A DNA stretch of 64,000 nucleotides from an uncultured delta proteobacterium (GTDB lineage: Bacteria > Myxococcota > Myxococcia > Myxococcales > Myxococcaceae). The DNA lies in assembly GCA_963796055.1 (NCBI GenBank), contig CAWCKH010000004.1, forward strand, positions 1,088,001-1,152,000. Reading direction: 5' to 3'. Positions 19,071-28,741 of the stretch are shown in pieces (the first letter of the stretch is position 1; every line of letters begins with the position of its first letter). Both the position numbers and the translations under genes were made by a program. Below the pieces are notes generated by a model. It was not told where the DNA came from. It worked only from the letters and a program-made list of their open reading frames with translations, and ran no database searches.

Positions 19071-19556
19071 ATGCTCCGAAAGGCTGCCCTTCTCGGTCTG
19101 TCCCTGCTGGTGCTCTCTGGCTGCAAGAAGGAGCAGCCGCCCCCGCCTCCACCACCACCGCCCCCCGTCACCCAGCCGCCTGCCGCTCCGCCGCCCGCGC
19201 CCTTCCGGGTCACCCTCGTCGAGCTGGGGAAGGGCATCCGGCCGGACAACACCGTGCAGAACGCGACCAGCACGTTCGGCCCCAAGGACACCATCTACCT
19301 GGTGGTCACCAGCGACGGGATGACGCCGGCCGCGGTCCTGGCGACGCGCTGGACGTTCGGCCCCAAGGACGTGCAGGTGCACGAGGAGAGCAAGACGGTG
19401 AGCCCGCCCTCCGAGAAGCCGGTGCACACCGAGTTCCACATCTCGAAGCCCTCGGGCTGGCCGGCCGGGGACTACAAGGTGGTCCTCACCGTCGATGGGC
19501 AGCCGGTCCAGACCAAGACCTTCACGGTGCCCAGGACCGCCTCGGGCAAGAAGTAG
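19071..19556 (+). CDS. Lipoprotein with poly-Pro linker and Ig-like beta domain
   Basis: Lipobox LSGC, poly-Pro run, GWPAGDYKV beta-sandwich-like end. Confidence 0.8.
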   Translation: MLRKAALLGLSLLVLSGCKKEQPPPPPPPPPPVTQPPAAPPPAPFRVTLVELGKGIRPDNTVQNATSTFGPKDTIYLVVTSDGMTPAAVLATRWTFGPKDVQVHEESKTVSPPSEKPVHTEFHISKPSGWPAGDYKVVLTVDGQPVQTKTFTVPRTASGKK

Positions 19557-19835
19557 TCACGCTCGGCGCGGCCGGACCTCGGTCCCGCCTGCTGCCGCCG
19601 GCATGCCCGTCCTCCGGTAGGCGTGGGCGAGACAGCGGGTGGAGTGCGCGAGCCCGACCTGGCCATGCCGATCGAGCACGATGAGCCCGGCGCGCCCCTG
19701 CACCGAGCGCTCCGCGAGCACCGCGAATCCCCGTTCCGCCGCGGCGAGGCAGCCGACCTCGTGCGCAGCGTGTGCCTCGGGCGGAATGCTCCACGCCCCA
19801 CCGTGCACCAGGATGGTCCTGGTCCGTTCGATCAT
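19557..19835 (-). pseudogene. Isoaspartyl peptidase/L-asparaginase (Ntn T2) relic with large internal deletion
   Basis: N-terminal ILVHGGAW..AAERGFAVL joined in frame to C-terminal GRAGLIVLDRHGQVGLAHST..AHAY; only 92 aa; the catalytic TVG region is absent. Confidence 0.75.
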
Positions 19836-19909
19836 GGGCGCTCTTCTGCCATACCCTGGCGTCGGACGGTTTCATCGGGTCGGGGGGCATGCCTACCGTG
19901 GTCGTCGCC

Positions 19910-22531
19910 ATGGTCTCGCCCTTCCAGAAGCGCTGGGTCCGCGTCCTCGCCATCGTGGTCGCGGTCCTGGTGGTCGTCGTCTACCTCGTCTCCCTGGTCC
20001 TCGACTCCATCCTCACCCGCCGTGCCCAGGCCGAGGCGGCCACGCTCTCGCAGCAGCTTGGCCGCCCTGTCTCCGTCGGCCGGGTCTCCACCAGCTTCCT
20101 CCCGGGCCTCGGAGCCACCGTCTCGGGCATCGAGGTGGGTGCCGCCGCCGACGAGGGGGTGCCCCTGGCCCAGGTGAAGGAGGTGGGCGTCAAGGTCGCG
20201 GCGCTCCGGGCGCTCTTCTCCCTGGGCAAGGACATCGGGGTCCGCTCCGTGGAGGTCACCCAGCCGGTGGTGAACGTGGTGCGCCTCCGGGACGGGACGA
20301 CCAACCTCGAGCGGCTCCAGTCCCGGCTCGCCGCACTGGAGAAACCGAAGCCCGCCGAGCCTGCGAGCACGGAGCCGAGTGACCTGTCGGCGGTGCGCGT
20401 CGACCACGCGGAGGTGACCGACGGGCGCGTGCGCCTGGTCGACCGGAGCACCGGGCAGACCCGGGAGCTGGGCATCTCGGACCTCGACGTCACGGTCGAC
20501 GACCTGCGCGCCGGCAAGCCGCTGGACGTGGTGGTCAAGGCCGCGCTGCTGTCGGAGAAGCAGAACCTCGAGCTGCGGCTCCACACCGCTCCGCTGCCGA
20601 ACAGCTTGCAGCCCACGCCCGAGCGTGTGGTCCTCAAGATCCAGCCCGTGGACCTGGCCCCGCTCGGGCCGTTCCTTCCCAGGGACGCACGGCTCGAGGC
20701 GGGCCGGCTCGACGCAGACTGGACCGCGGAGCTCGGGGCGGCGGTGCCGGGGGGCAAGGGGCCCACCCGGGCGAAGGGCGGCATCCACGCGCGCGGGCTC
20801 CGCTTCGCCGGCACCGCAGCGGCGCCGGTCGACGCCACCCTGGACACGGACCTCGACGGCAACGCCGAGACGGGCGATCTGGACATCCGGACGCTCGCCA
20901 TCGCGCTCGGCCAGGCGGGCATCACCGGGCACGGGCGGGTGCGCAACCTCGCCAGCGAGACGCCGAGCATCGAGAGCTTCGAGATCGTCGGCCACGATCT
21001 GGACCCGGCGGCGATCGGGCGCTCCTTCCCCGCGCTGGCGAAGGCGCTCAAGGGAGAGGTCGCCGGGCCCATCGGGCTCACCGTCCGCGGCGCCGGCACG
21101 CAGGCCGCGCCGATGCTGGAGGCACGGCTGGACTTCACCCCGGTGCGGCTGGCGGTTCCCGAGCAGCTGGCGAAGGCGGCCGGCGCACCGATGACCCTGG
21201 TCACCCACCTGCGCGGCGCCGGGAAGAACACCTACCGCTTCGATGCCGACCTCGACCTCGCCGGGGCCGACCTGCGGCCTGGACAGCTCCTGGACAAGCC
21301 GCCGGGCAAGCCGATGGCGCTGTCGCTGAAGGGCAGCACCAGCCGGGGGGGAACGACCCGGCTGAAGCTCGACCAGTGGACGCTTCGGGTGCTCGAGGAC
21401 ACCCTCACCGGGACCGCCTCGGTCGAGATGCAGGGCGAGGGCAAGCGCGCCACCACCACCTTCGCCCTCGACGCGCGGGCCCCGAAGCTCGACGCGGACG
21501 CGCTGCTCCTCGAGAGCGAGTCCTCCTCGAAGGCGCAGCCTCCGCCGGCCGACCCGCACCGCTTCGACGGGATGCGGGGGAAGATCCACGCCGAGGTCGC
21601 CTCGCTCGTCTTCCACAAGGTCCCCTGGAAGAACGTCCTCCTCGACGCCACCCTGCAGGACGATCTGCTCAAGGTGGAGCGGCTCAGCCTGGACGCGGCC
21701 GGGGGCCAGGTGCGCCTCGACGGGACGAGCGCGCGGCTGGGGCCGGTGGAGAAGCCCTGGGATCTGAAGCTGACGGTGAAGGATCTCGACCTCGCCCAGG
21801 CGTTGACCTTCAGCGGCAAGGGAAAGGCATTCGCCGGGGTGTTCGACGGGAACATCGCTCTGGCCGGCAAGGGCACCACGCTCTCCGCGGTAGAGAAGAC
21901 GGTCGACGGGACCATCCAGGGAAACCTCAAGAACGGAGACTTCCTCGGCGCGGACCTGGTCGCGGCCGTGGCCGGACCGCTGGCCAAGGCGCTGCCGTTC
22001 GCCACCAAGGCTGTGGGCGAGACCGGGCACACTCCGCTCGGCGACATCGACGTGTCACTCGCCGTGGACAACGGTGTTGCGAAGCTGACCAAGCCCCTGG
22101 CGCTGAAGCTCCCGGAGGCGGACATCGTGATGGGAGGTGGCATCGGGCTGTCCGGAACGCTGGCCCTGGCCGGAACGGTCGCTCTGACTCCAGCGACCAT
22201 CAAGTCACTCACCGGCGGAAAGGTGATGCCGCCCGAGCCCATCCCGGTCGCGCTCAGCCTCCATGGCCCGGCCTGGGCCCCGCAGATCGCCGGCCTGGAC
22301 ATCAAGCCGGCGGCGCTCACCATCGCCCGGCTGGCGGGGGCGAGCGCCCTCAAGTCGCTCGTCGGCCAGTCCGACATCGGCGCGGCCCTGTCGGGGGCCC
22401 TCGGTGGGTCGGGGGCGGCCGGCAGCGACCAGACCCAGGGCGAGCAGAAGGCCCAGGGCGAGGCCGAGAAGTTGCGCCAGCAGGCGGCCCAAGAGGCCGT
22501 GAAGAAGCTCCAGGGACTGTTCGGAAAGTGA
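19910..22531 (+). CDS. AsmA-family protein
   Basis: N-terminal TM anchor, LGRPVSVG, VRLRDGTTNL, long beta-rich body and AsmA-like C-terminus. Confidence 0.82.
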   Translation: MVSPFQKRWVRVLAIVVAVLVVVVYLVSLVLDSILTRRAQAEAATLSQQLGRPVSVGRVSTSFLPGLGATVSGIEVGAAADEGVPLAQVKEVGVKVAALRALFSLGKDIGVRSVEVTQPVVNVVRLRDGTTNLERLQSRLAALEKPKPAEPASTEPSDLSAVRVDHAEVTDGRVRLVDRSTGQTRELGISDLDVTVDDLRAGKPLDVVVKAALLSEKQNLELRLHTAPLPNSLQPTPERVVLKIQPVDLAPLGPFLPRDARLEAGRLDADWTAELGAAVPGGKGPTRAKGGIHARGLRFAGTAAAPVDATLDTDLDGNAETGDLDIRTLAIALGQAGITGHGRVRNLASETPSIESFEIVGHDLDPAAIGRSFPALAKALKGEVAGPIGLTVRGAGTQAAPMLEARLDFTPVRLAVPEQLAKAAGAPMTLVTHLRGAGKNTYRFDADLDLAGADLRPGQLLDKPPGKPMALSLKGSTSRGGTTRLKLDQWTLRVLEDTLTGTASVEMQGEGKRATTTFALDARAPKLDADALLLESESSSKAQPPPADPHRFDGMRGKIHAEVASLVFHKVPWKNVLLDATLQDDLLKVERLSLDAAGGQVRLDGTSARLGPVEKPWDLKLTVKDLDLAQALTFSGKGKAFAGVFDGNIALAGKGTTLSAVEKTVDGTIQGNLKNGDFLGADLVAAVAGPLAKALPFATKAVGETGHTPLGDIDVSLAVDNGVAKLTKPLALKLPEADIVMGGGIGLSGTLALAGTVALTPATIKSLTGGKVMPPEPIPVALSLHGPAWAPQIAGLDIKPAALTIARLAGASALKSLVGQSDIGAALSGALGGSGAAGSDQTQGEQKAQGEAEKLRQQAAQEAVKKLQGLFGK

Positions 22532-22738
22532 GTCGAGGCGGCGCCAGGCGGCGCTCGAGGTGCAGGTCGGCTGCAACACGGACCCGGGAATGAGAATCGG
22601 GCGGTGGATCGTATGGGTCCACAGTCCCCCTGGTGGGGCGACGACATTCGGTGTGTCATTGCTTCCGGCGGGGTGAATATTCCGCTGACCGGCGACGTCC
22701 TGCCGTCTCCGGCCGGAACAAGCAGAGGAGGGCTCCCC

Positions 22739-24316
22739 GTGACTGCGCGCCGCACCCCCATCGTCCAGCAGGCGGTGGCATCCCTGCTGGTCGCCGCGCT
22801 CGGCGGGTACCCGGTCCGAGCGCTCGCCCAGCAAGGCGCCCCGGCGCAGGGCGCTCCGGTCCAGTCGGTCCCTCCGCCGCCCGCCTACGCGCCGCCCCAG
22901 CCGGTGCCGCAACAGACCTACGCCCCGCAGCAGGCCCCTCCGCAGCAAGCCCCTCCGCAGGGCTACGCGCAGCAGCCGGCGCCGCCCCAGCAGACCTACG
23001 CCCCCCAGCAGGCCGCTCCGCAGCAGGCCCCTCCACAGGGCTACGGGCAGCAGCCGGCGCCGCCCCAGCAGACCTACGCCCCCCAGCAGGCCGCTCCGCA
23101 GCAGGCCCCTCCACAGGGCTACGCGCAGCAGCCGGCACCGCCCCAGCAGACCTACGCCCCCCAGCAGGCCGCTCCGCAGCAGGCCCCTCCGCAGGGCTAC
23201 GCGCAGCAGCCGGCGCCGCCCCAGCAGACCTACGCCCCCCAGCAGGCCGCTCCGCAGCAGGCCCCTCCGCAGGGCTACGCGCAACAGCCGGCGCCGCCCC
23301 AGCAGACCTACGCCCCGCCTGCGCCCGCGTACGCACCCCCGGCCGCAGCTGGCGCCGCGGTGGCCGCGCCCGGCGCTCCCGCCCCCGCCGCACCCCCGCA
23401 GCCCTATGCTCCGGCGCCCCAGGCTGCACCGCAGGGGTACGCCCCGGCGCCCGCGCCCCAGCAGCCGACCTACGCGCCACCTCCACCCGCCTACGCGCCC
23501 CCTGCCGCCGCGGGTGCAGCCGCCGGTGCCGCGGTGGCAGCGCCCGCGGCCCAGGCCCCGGCGGCGCCGCAGGGTGCCCAGCAGCCCGCCCCGGCGGCCC
23601 CCCAGCCCATGGTGCAAGACGCCCCCACGGCCGCTCCGCGCGTCCCACCTGGCGCAGTGCTGATCCCGCCGACCGCCGCACCCGCCCCGGCGCCCACCCG
23701 CTCGGGGGACGCGGACCTCGGCTCGGCACCAGCGCCTCCGCCCCCGCCGGGCCATGCGCCCAAGGCCCCGAGCGCCCAGAAGTCCGCTCCGGTGGACGAC
23801 CGGCTGATTCGCCTCGAGTGGCGGCCGGCGCACGTCGAGGGGAACCAGGGCTGGGGACCGATGGTGCAGGTCCCGGTGATGGGACCCTACAAGCGTCCGT
23901 TGAATGGGCGCTCGCTGTACACCGCTCTGGGTCGGAACGACCTGGCGGAGGAGTACGAGCGCCGCCTCGCCGCCAAGCGCATGATGGGCGTGGGCAGTGC
24001 GCTCCTGCTCGTCTCCGGCATCGCAGTCGGCATCAGCGCCTTCACGATCCACGGTTGCAACCCGGGTGACGCGAAGTGCTGGGACGACCGCGACGCGCAG
24101 CTCAGGTCGCGCTTCTACTGGTCGGGCGGCCTGGTGCTCGGCGGCGCCGTGCTCGGCATCGCCTCGAGCGCCTACAGTCCGCATCCAGTGTCGCGCGACG
24201 AGCTGATCGGCCTCATCCGCCAGCACAACGATCAGATCCGGAGCCAGCCCGGCGTCCACCTGGGCGCGATGGCGCTCCCGGGCGGCGGCGGCCTCAGCCT
24301 CGCCGGAGCGTTTTAG
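22739..24316 (+). CDS. Exported Pro/Gln/Ala-rich repeat protein with C-terminal hydrophobic segments
   Basis: RBS GAGGAG, GTG start, signal peptide (VRALA|QQ), 26-aa repeats, two hydrophobic helices, terminal GGGGLSLAGAF. Confidence 0.75.
   Translation: MTARRTPIVQQAVASLLVAALGGYPVRALAQQGAPAQGAPVQSVPPPPAYAPPQPVPQQTYAPQQAPPQQAPPQGYAQQPAPPQQTYAPQQAAPQQAPPQGYGQQPAPPQQTYAPQQAAPQQAPPQGYAQQPAPPQQTYAPQQAAPQQAPPQGYAQQPAPPQQTYAPQQAAPQQAPPQGYAQQPAPPQQTYAPPAPAYAPPAAAGAAVAAPGAPAPAAPPQPYAPAPQAAPQGYAPAPAPQQPTYAPPPPAYAPPAAAGAAAGAAVAAPAAQAPAAPQGAQQPAPAAPQPMVQDAPTAAPRVPPGAVLIPPTAAPAPAPTRSGDADLGSAPAPPPPPGHAPKAPSAQKSAPVDDRLIRLEWRPAHVEGNQGWGPMVQVPVMGPYKRPLNGRSLYTALGRNDLAEEYERRLAAKRMMGVGSALLLVSGIAVGISAFTIHGCNPGDAKCWDDRDAQLRSRFYWSGGLVLGGAVLGIASSAYSPHPVSRDELIGLIRQHNDQIRSQPGVHLGAMALPGGGGLSLAGAF
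22910..23315 (+). repeat. 78-bp in-frame tandem repeat, 5 full units plus partial sixth (QQTYAPQQAAPQQAPPQGYAQQPAPP)
   Basis: Units start at 22910, 22988, 23066, 23144, 23222 and 23300 with few substitutions. Confidence 0.95.
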
Positions 24317-24699
24317 TCCGCGCGGGGGGCCACTCGGTCCAGGACTCCCAGCAGCGCCTCGAGCTCGAAGGGCTTGCTGAGCACGGCCGCCACCTGGTCC
24401 CCCAGCACGGCGTAGGTTGCGGACGGGTCCGCGGTGGAGAGGATCACCGGGAACTCCGTCCCCCGCGGAAGCTCACGAAGACGGGTGAGGAATGCGGGGC
24501 CGTCCAGGACCGGCATCCTCCAGTCGAGCAGGATGGGGCACGGTTCCGACTGCTCGGCTGCCAGACCGAGGCCCTTGAGCCCGTCGGGCGCGGCCAGGAC
24601 GCGAAATCCGAGGTCGAGCAGCACGTCGATCAGCGCCTCCCGGACGGCGCTGTCGTCCTCGACCAGGAGAATGCGTCGCGCTGGCGACTCGGGGCTCAT
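24313..24699 (-). CDS. Single-domain response regulator
   Basis: ILLVEDD, ILLDWRMP, LST and KPF; ATG overlaps the chrA stop. Confidence 0.88.
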   Translation of the reverse strand: MSPESPARRILLVEDDSAVREALIDVLLDLGFRVLAAPDGLKGLGLAAEQSEPCPILLDWRMPVLDGPAFLTRLRELPRGTEFPVILSTADPSATYAVLGDQVAAVLSKPFELEALLGVLDRVAPRAD

Positions 24700-25898
24700 A
24701 CGCCGACCAGGTGGAGCGCGAACTGGAGCACGCCGCCACCGGCGACGATCCAGGCCGGGTTGAGGTCGTAGCGGACCAGGGTCAGCGCGGAGGCTGCAGC
24801 GATCGCCAGGCTCACCGGTCCGTGGAAGCTCCCTCCGAGCACCACCGCCGCCGAGCCGATGAGCCCCACCACCGCCGGGAGGAGCCCGTTCGCCGCAGCC
24901 TGCACCATCGGGTGCTCGCGAACGCGCGCCAGCCACCCACCCGCGAGCTGCACCAGCACCCACGGCGCGGCGAGCAGCGCGAGCGTGGAGGCCGCCGCCC
25001 CGGACCAGCCGTGGTGCAGATAGCCAGCGAAGGTGGCGAGCAGCAGCACCGGCCCGGGCGTGAGCAGGGCCACCGACACTCCGTCGGCGAGCTGGCGCCG
25101 GGTCACCCACTCGAGCGCGTCGAGCCGCTCGCTGAGATGGGGGATGATGGCCACTCCCCCGCCGTACGCCCCCAGTCCCGTGCGGAAGTAGAGCACCAGC
25201 GCCTCCACCACCTGGCCGTCCAGGCCGGTCAGGTGCATCGCGGCCAGCGCAGGAAGGGCGGCGACCAGCACCGAGCGCACGGTGCTCGTGCCTTCGGCCG
25301 GTGGCGGCGGGACGGACGGGTCCCGGGGACGACGTCGCCGCAGCCCGAGCTCGACGAACAGCCCCGTTGCCGCCCCGAGCAGCACCACCTCTGTGGGCGA
25401 GGCCTTGCCGGCGACGGTGAGGAGCAGCGCCGCGCCTGCCACCAGCATCTGCCATCGGGCCTGCACCGCGCCACGCACCCGGCGAAAGGTCAGCGCCAGG
25501 ATTGCCCCCACCGCCGCCCCCCCGAACCCGCGGAAGACAGGCTCCAGCCGGGTGCCCAGGTCGAAGCGGACGTACAGCCAGGCGACGGCTGCAGTGGTCA
25601 GGATGCCGGGCAGGACGAACCCGAGATAGCCGAGCAGTGACCAGCTCCAGCCGCCTAGCCGCTGACCGACGAGCGCCAGGGTGTTGGCCGAGGGCGCGCC
25701 TGGAAAGAGGTCCAGCGTCCGGAGCAGCGCGGCGTGCTCCTCCTCGGTCACCCAGCGCTGGTCCCGGACCAGCGCGGCCTCCAGCGGGGCCTGCATCCGC
25801 TGGCTGCTCCCGAACACGGCCATCCCCAGCCGGAGAGCGGCGCGGAAGAAGGCGAGCCGGCCCAGCTCTGGCCTGGGGGACTGTGTGGTCTGCTCCAC
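24696..25898 (-). CDS. chrA: Long-chain chromate ion transporter (CHR family)
   Basis: Two homologous halves with LFPGAPS and LTPGPV, YGGG motif, many TM helices. Confidence 0.85.
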   Translation of the reverse strand: MEQTTQSPRPELGRLAFFRAALRLGMAVFGSSQRMQAPLEAALVRDQRWVTEEEHAALLRTLDLFPGAPSANTLALVGQRLGGWSWSLLGYLGFVLPGILTTAAVAWLYVRFDLGTRLEPVFRGFGGAAVGAILALTFRRVRGAVQARWQMLVAGAALLLTVAGKASPTEVVLLGAATGLFVELGLRRRRPRDPSVPPPPAEGTSTVRSVLVAALPALAAMHLTGLDGQVVEALVLYFRTGLGAYGGGVAIIPHLSERLDALEWVTRRQLADGVSVALLTPGPVLLLATFAGYLHHGWSGAAASTLALLAAPWVLVQLAGGWLARVREHPMVQAAANGLLPAVVGLIGSAAVVLGGSFHGPVSLAIAAASALTLVRYDLNPAWIVAGGGVLQFALHLVGV

Positions 25899-26000
25899 GG
25901 AACCGTCTCTAAGCCAAAGAGCGGCTGGAGCCCACCCCCAGGCGTGGGTGGACGCTGGTACGCCAACAACGGGGGGCAGGACATCCGGGGTTGCGACCCC

Positions 26001-26372
26001 TCACTCGAGGGCGCGAACCTCGGCGTCCACCGCCGCGTGCAGGCGCTCGGGCGGACAGGGCTTGTTGAGCGCCGCGGTCACGTGGTCGTGTGTCTGGCGC
26101 CGCTTCACGTCGAGGTTCGCCGAGAGCACGATGATGCGAAACTGGCGCTCGGGGGGGTGGCGCGACACCTCGTCGAGGAGCTCGTCGCCGGTCATCACCG
26201 GCATCTGGAGGTCGAGCAGCATCAGCACCGGCTCCTGGCCGGCCCTCAGCCGTTCGAGGGCCTCGCGCCCGTCGCAGGCGGTGCTGACCCGGTATCCCCA
26301 GATGGAGAGCAGCTCCACCAGGGCGGTCCGCAGGGCGACCTCGTCTTCCACGACCAACACCTGCGCACGCAC
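26001..26372 (-). CDS. Single-domain response regulator
   Basis: VLVVEDE, MLLDLQMP, LSA and NKP; RBS GGAGGAG. Confidence 0.88.
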   Translation of the reverse strand: MRAQVLVVEDEVALRTALVELLSIWGYRVSTACDGREALERLRAGQEPVLMLLDLQMPVMTGDELLDEVSRHPPERQFRIIVLSANLDVKRRQTHDHVTAALNKPCPPERLHAAVDAEVRALE

Positions 26373-26608
26373 GGCCCGTCCTCCTCCCGACAGTTCCTCG
26401 CCACGGCGTCAGGGTTTGCACCGGGTCGAACAGAGGGAACCCGGGTACCGCGGTGTGCGCACCCCAGGCTCTCTTGCCTGGCCGGTCTGCGGCGTGGCCC
26501 AGCGCGTTGGCTGCATGGAGTGCGACGCCGCGGGCGGAGTGAGGCACACTGGCGGTCGAGGGGGGACCTGGCGCCGGGGCGGGGCATCCCGGGCGAAGGT
26601 GCTCTCGC

Positions 26609-27409
26609 TTGTTGCAGCTTGGTCGTGCGCTGGAGGTCGCGCAGAGCGTGCACCCGGCGCTCCACGTGGACCCCCGGGCGTTCCTCCGGTTTCTCGTGCG
26701 CCGCCGTCCTCCGCTCGACACGGCGGGCGTGCCCACCCATGCGGCGGACCTGTACCTGGTGGCCGCGGCACTCGCGGGCGAGGGTGCGGCGCTCGAGCTG
26801 CTCGACGCCCGGCTCCGGGGGCTCCTGCCACGGGCGCTGCGCCGGCTGCGCGCGGACGACGAGCTCCGCGCCGAGGTGCTGCAGCGCACGCGCGAGCGGC
26901 TGCTGGTGGGGCCACGGGTCCCCAAGCTCGCCGAGTACCAGGGCCGCGGGGGGCTGGATCCCTGGCTCCGCTCGGTGCTGGTGCGGGTCGCGCTGAACCT
27001 GCTCGAGGCCAGACCGCATGGGGAAGAGGAGCTGCGGGCACTCACCGAGCTCGCCGCGCCGGGCCCGGACCCGGAGGTCTCGCTGCTTCGCCGCTCGGAG
27101 CAGGCCACGCTCCAGGCTGCGCTGGTGGACGCGCTGGCCGGGCTCGCCCCGCGGACACGCCACTTCCTCGCGCTCTACGTCCTCGATGGGCTCACCCTGG
27201 AGGAGATCGGCCGGCGCGCCGGGACCCACAAGTCCACGGTCTCGCGGGCGCTGAGCGCCGCCCGCGCCCGGGTGATGACCGCGCTCCGCCGCCGGTTCCG
27301 CGCTGGTCCGGAGGGCGAGCTCGACTCGCTGCTCGGCTTCCTCGGCGAGGCCGGGGCAGACCTCCCGTTCGTGCTCCGCGAGCTGCTCGCCGGACGCGAC
27401 GGGAGCTGA
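26609..27409 (+). CDS. Myxobacterial-type sigma-70/ECF-like RNA polymerase sigma factor (start uncertain)
   Basis: HAADLYLVAAALAG, EVLQRTRERLL, YQGRGGLDPWLR, region-4 HTH LTLEEIG..HKSTVSRAL. Confidence 0.75.
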   Translation: MLQLGRALEVAQSVHPALHVDPRAFLRFLVRRRPPLDTAGVPTHAADLYLVAAALAGEGAALELLDARLRGLLPRALRRLRADDELRAEVLQRTRERLLVGPRVPKLAEYQGRGGLDPWLRSVLVRVALNLLEARPHGEEELRALTELAAPGPDPEVSLLRRSEQATLQAALVDALAGLAPRTRHFLALYVLDGLTLEEIGRRAGTHKSTVSRALSAARARVMTALRRRFRAGPEGELDSLLGFLGEAGADLPFVLRELLAGRDGS

Positions 27410-27478
27410 GCCGTCACCTTCGTCCGGACGAAAGGGACTCCGGATCCGCCCCGCGCGGACAGGGTAGCGTCCGCCCGC

Positions 27479-28741
27479 ATGCGCGAACACACCCGCATGC
27501 TGCTCGGGCTGGCCGTCGGCGCGGGACTGGGCCTGGTGGCCAGGGCCCTGGCCGGGGATGCACCGTGGCTGGCGTGGACCCTGGCCAACGTCACCGGTCC
27601 CATCGGCCAGGCCTTCCTCCGCCTTCTGTTCATGCTGGTGGTGCCGATGATCTTCTCGGCCCTGGTGATGGGGGTGGCCGACCTCGAGCTCCGGCACCTC
27701 GGCCGGCTCGGAGCGCGGGCGCTCGGCTACACCGTGGTCATCTCCACCATTGCGGTGCTGATCGGGATCGGCCTGGTGAACCTGTTCCGACCCGGCGAGG
27801 GCATGAGCGACGAGGTCCGGGCGCTGGCCCGCTCGAGCGTGGTCCCCAAGGCCGCGGTGGCCCCGAGCGACACCTCGGCGGCGTCGCTGCTGGTGTCCAT
27901 CATCCCGGACAACCCGGTGAAGGCGGCGGCCAGCGGCGACTATCTGGGGCTCATCTTCTTCGCCCTGGTGTTCGGCATCGCCCTGGGGCTGACCCGGGCG
28001 CCGGCCGCCGAGCGGCTCAAGGAGGTCATCGCCGGGCTGTACGAGGTCACCCTGGTGCTGATCAACGGAGTGTTGAAGGTCGCCCCGCTGGGCGTGGCCG
28101 CGCTGCTCTTCGGTCTGACTGCCCGGCTCGGGTTCGACGTCCTCCGCCAGCTCGCCGCCTACGTGGGGGTGGTGCTGCTCGGCCTCGCGCTGCACATGTT
28201 CGTGGTGTACTCGCTCTCGGTCCGCTTCTTCGGCGGCCGGAACCCGGTGCAGTTCTTCCGCGACGTGCGGATGGCGGCGATCACCGCCTTCTCCACCGCG
28301 TCGTCCAACGCCACCCTGCCCACCTCGCTCAAGGTCGCCGAGGAGGAGCTGCGGCTTCCACCCAACGTGGCCCGCTTCGTGCTCACCGCCGGCGCCTCGA
28401 TGAACCAGAACGGCACCGCGCTCTTCGAGGGCGTGACGGTCCTCTTCATCGCCCAGCTCTTCGGGGTTCATCTCAGCCTGGATCAGCAGATCGTGGTGAT
28501 GTTCATCTGCGTGCTCGGGGGGGTGGGCACCGCCGGGGTACCCGCCGGCTCGCTTCCGGTCATCGCGATGATCCTCGGGTTGTTCCACATCCCTCCCGAG
28601 GGTCTGGGGCTCATCCTCGGCGTCGACCGCCTGCTCGACATGTGCCGGACGACGCTCAACGTGGTGGGCGATCTCGCTGCTGCGGTCTACGTGGCCCGCG
28701 GCGAGCCGGTGGAGGAGGCCCCGGTGGCATCCACCTCCTGA
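27479..28741 (+). CDS. Dicarboxylate/amino acid:cation symporter (DAACS)
   Basis: FLRLLFMLVVP, AFSTASSNATLP, MNQNGTA, GVDRLLDMCRTTLNV. Confidence 0.93.
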   Translation: MREHTRMLLGLAVGAGLGLVARALAGDAPWLAWTLANVTGPIGQAFLRLLFMLVVPMIFSALVMGVADLELRHLGRLGARALGYTVVISTIAVLIGIGLVNLFRPGEGMSDEVRALARSSVVPKAAVAPSDTSAASLLVSIIPDNPVKAAASGDYLGLIFFALVFGIALGLTRAPAAERLKEVIAGLYEVTLVLINGVLKVAPLGVAALLFGLTARLGFDVLRQLAAYVGVVLLGLALHMFVVYSLSVRFFGGRNPVQFFRDVRMAAITAFSTASSNATLPTSLKVAEEELRLPPNVARFVLTAGASMNQNGTALFEGVTVLFIAQLFGVHLSLDQQIVVMFICVLGGVGTAGVPAGSLPVIAMILGLFHIPPEGLGLILGVDRLLDMCRTTLNVVGDLAAAVYVARGEPVEEAPVASTS

